A stretch of DNA of 64,000 bases from Myxococcota bacterium (GTDB lineage Bacteria > Myxococcota_A > Polyangia > Nannocystales > Nannocystaceae). The stretch spans positions 29,514 to 93,513 of the forward strand of contig JBCCHT010000049.1 of the NCBI GenBank assembly GCA_039028615.1. Direction: 5' to 3'. This document shows positions 61,502 to 64,000 of this stretch, in pieces; positions within the stretch are counted from its first letter, which is position 1, and each line of letters opens with the position of its first letter. A program made the translations under genes and the position numbers. The notes beneath the pieces are model-generated. The model worked only from the letters and a program-made list of their open reading frames with translations, did not search any database and was not told the origin of the DNA.

Positions 61502-62020
61502 CTAGGATTTGAGATGCTCTACTATCTTCATCAGGCCGGCGTTGTAGGTTCGATTGATCTTGACTCTGGATAATCCCAGGTGCTCCGCCACTTGTGCTTG
61601 TGTGTCCCCTGATAGCACTGCTGTTACTACGTATGCTTCGGTCGACGTTAGGTTTCTAGTTATATATTCGCGAATCTCGTTGAGTAGTATTCTCCTATTC
61701 TGCGTGTTGTCCCCGGTTACGGTTGCGTAGATTCTCTTTCGTATTGCTTCGGAATTAGATGATGCACTGCGCCGTTTTCTGTGTTCGTCTGCTACTTTTA
61801 TTGTTATTATGCGAATTGTGTATCTTGTCCAGTCTTGGTCGTCGCTGGTTTTTTTTGATTTGTTGTTGATGAATTTCTCCGCCGTTACTAACGCCGCTTC
61901 TTGGACTATGTCGTCGGCGTCAATTGATCCGATTCTCTTCGCGTATCCGCGAAATCTTGACGAGTTGGAAGAGTACCATTTTGCAAACTGCGAACGTAGT
62001 TCTTCCTTGCTTGTGGTCAT
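61502..62020 (-). CDS. Divergent ECF-like sigma factor
   Basis: Region 2 DADDIVQEA...W..Y...I....VAD..RKR; region 4 LT..E..V......G.TQAQVA..LGLS. Confidence 0.75.
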   Translation of the reverse strand: MTTSKEELRSQFAKWYSSNSSRFRGYAKRIGSIDADDIVQEAALVTAEKFINNKSKKTSDDQDWTRYTIRIITIKVADEHRKRRSASSNSEAIRKRIYATVTGDNTQNRRILLNEIREYITRNLTSTEAYVVTAVLSGDTQAQVAEHLGLSRVKINRTYNAGLMKIVEHLKS

Positions 62021-62364
62021 TAGTTCTGCCAACTTTTTGCTAGTAGAAGGCGGTATAGTGCGTTCACATATCGTTGTGTGAAGTTGTCGATTCCTAGTTT
62101 TTTGCCTATCTCCTCCAGAGATTGTCCGTTTCCGTTGTTGTACACCGCTCTAATGAGCTTGATGTCTTCCTCTTCTTGAGTCTTCCGTCTTTCTGCCCGC
62201 ACCACAATGGCGTACTTTTGCAGCGCTGCCGCGAAAGCTCGCTGCGCTTCTGCTATGCTAGTGTTTAGCATTGTTGCTATCTCTTTCCATGATTGCCCCT
62301 TGATGATCCGGGCATTAATAAGATCTCGCTCCGACGGAGTTAGTTTCGTTAGTGTTCTCGCCAT
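62020..62364 (-). CDS. Protein made of two tandem sigma70 region-4-like HTH units
   Basis: LTPSERDLI......GQSWKEIATMLN.S and LIRAVY....GQSLEEIGKKLGI; AGAGGGG RBS; TAATG overlap with the sigma gene. Confidence 0.7.
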   Translation of the reverse strand: MARTLTKLTPSERDLINARIIKGQSWKEIATMLNTSIAEAQRAFAAALQKYAIVVRAERRKTQEEEDIKLIRAVYNNGNGQSLEEIGKKLGIDNFTQRYVNALYRLLLAKSWQN

Positions 62365-62623
62365 GCCCCTCTAAAAGCCCCGTCACTATACACACTCATA
62401 AGGTCTGCGCCTTGGCACATTCGTGTCAGGTGTTGCATTGGCGCGCTCTCGTTGTACCCGTCCATTGTCTCCGATTGAGATCAGACTACGCATCCCTTCG
62501 CCGTTGGCGCCATTTGCGATGCTCGGCATCGACGATTTGATCATTTGTGTGATTTTGCGCGCTATTTATGGTGCAATTGTCTTGTGTAACGGTGTTCTTA
62601 GTTGAATTGTGAGATAAATCACA

Positions 62624-62989
62624 TTGATATTATCTTTTTCATCCCGCTTATCTGAAATTGCCGGTCAAATCGATCGATACTTGGGCGTGACTAAAGAGAA
62701 TGAACCTTCCGCAGTCGAAGATGGAACCGTCGCTATCGTTGCCGAGTTTACTGATGTTTTGCTCGTACATGGTCGGGATTCATCGCAAGTACGTGACTAT
62801 CGGACAAGGCATTCTGCAAATACAGCCGCCACTGAGCTAATAGATGCGTCGTTGGAATTACACGAGTTATTCACAGAAGGTGATCCAGAATCGATGGTTA
62901 GTTCGCAGGTCGCGTGTTCTCTAGGTGATGCCGATGATGATCGACAGGTGTCCGTTCGTGACTCTGCGCCATGTTCGGGATCTCGATAG
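62624..62989 (+). CDS. Hypothetical protein (start uncertain)
   Basis: 121-codon ORF in AT-rich DNA, divergent from the sigma pair. Confidence 0.35.
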   Translation: MILSFSSRLSEIAGQIDRYLGVTKENEPSAVEDGTVAIVAEFTDVLLVHGRDSSQVRDYRTRHSANTAATELIDASLELHELFTEGDPESMVSSQVACSLGDADDDRQVSVRDSAPCSGSR

Positions 62990-63109
62990 TCAGTATCTCT
63001 GAAAATGCACTCGCTACGGCACGGGCTCCAGAAACGTTACGGTTTTGGAGTTCGATTTACTAGGTGGAGCGGTCGCTTGCCGAAATCACCATTGGAAACT
63101 CCGTTACTC

Positions 63110-64000
63110 CTAGTGATCAGTTGGCACGGCATAGCTGGCGTTGGCGTACCAGCCATGGCAATGCCTTGGCCGTATGGCAGCACGGGCTCGGTGAGCAGCA
63201 CCTCGTAGCGAATCAGCGCTGCGAACGGCGAACGCCCGGAGCCGTTTCTTGATCAGCCCCCACGCAGCTTCGATTGGGTTGTAGTCCGGCGAATACGGCG
63301 GGAGGAATTTGACTCCGACGCCATGCTGCTCGAGCAGCGTTCGCACCCGCGGGCTCTTGTGGAGGCTGAGGTTGTCCATCACGACGATGTCCCCTCGACG
63401 GAGCTTCGGCACGAGTCGAACCTTCAGTCAATGGACGAAAAGCTCGGTCGTCGCGGCCTTCCACATCGTGCCCAGCGACACCCAGCCCTCCAAACGGATC
63501 GCTCCGATCATCGTCAGGTTGCGACGTGCCTTCCGTACGGGTCGTGGCTCGACGTATTCCGTTCCCTTCTGAATCCACACGTGAGACCTGGACATCGCCA
63601 GGTTGGCTCCCGACTCGTCAATGAAAACCAGGCACCGAGGGTCTACCGTTTTCGCCCAGGTTTCGTACTCCGCCCACGCTTGGCGGATGTCCGGGCGGTC
63701 GTGCTCCGACGGGCGAGGCCGTTTTTTTTGTAGACGTACCCCTCCCGGTGGAGCGCGCGCATGAACGACGAGCGAGAGGTCTTGTGCTCCTCTTCCACCT
63801 GCTCGTTGTATTTGCGAAGCAGCTCCAATGCCGTTGAACCGGGGTAGGCGGCAACGACTTGGTTCATGGCTTCGATGTCGACCTTCGAGAAATTGCCGCC
63901 GCCCTTGGGGTAAGGCGTGACCGAGCCCGTTTCTCGAAAGCGAGCGACCCACCGAATCAGGGACCTCACCGAGATCTGGAATCGCTCCGCGATGACCGCG
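63110..64000 (-). pseudogene. IS630-family transposase (orfA/orfB joined by a slippery A8), inactivated by an in-frame TGA at 63428-63430; 5' end outside the window
   Basis: orfA HTH RWVARFRETGSV; orfB FIDESG, VMDNLSLH, LPPYSPDYNPIE; T8 run at 63722-63729. Confidence 0.9.

Larger units (their letters stand above)
55500..64000. other. Lower-GC accessory island with IS remnants (left boundary approximate; extends past the window)
   Basis: Abrupt shift to AT-richer DNA near the end of the ECF42 gene; orphan ORFs; several IS elements. Confidence 0.85.

Overview
This is a high-GC window from a myxobacterium-like genome. The assignment to a Nannocystaceae-type organism is inferred from the expanded Ser/Thr kinase-TPR, ECF sigma and Cys/Thr-rich lipoprotein families. 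Positions ~1-55.5 kb are mostly core or lineage-typical: a POT peptide transporter, an FHA-LuxR regulator, a MocR regulator with a divergent flavoprotein-GNAT fusion, ychF, two PLP aminotransferases, korAB, a short LeuA-like synthase, sucA-sucB-lpdA, an M28 peptidase, a single-domain class I terpene synthase next to a LysR regulator, four Ser/Thr kinases (two divergently paired with ECF sigma factors), a YciI/ECF42-type pair and many lipoproteins. From ~55.5 kb to the end the DNA is visibly AT-richer. This part holds orphan exported proteins, nested IS21/IS66/IS630 remnants and an unusual pair made of a sigma4-only gene and an ECF-like sigma gene. The best candidate novel systems are: (i) an ECF/kinase-linked operon encoding a LysM/PG-binding protein and a signal-peptide-less phospholipase D; (ii) the sigma4-sigma4 + sigma pair; (iii) an orphan terpene cyclase; (iv) a Tat-exported amphipathic protein with two lipoproteins; (v) a zinc-ribbon kinase-TM-SPFH-like fusion. 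No rRNA, tRNA or CRISPR array was seen. All family calls come from motif recognition by eye, not from database searches.
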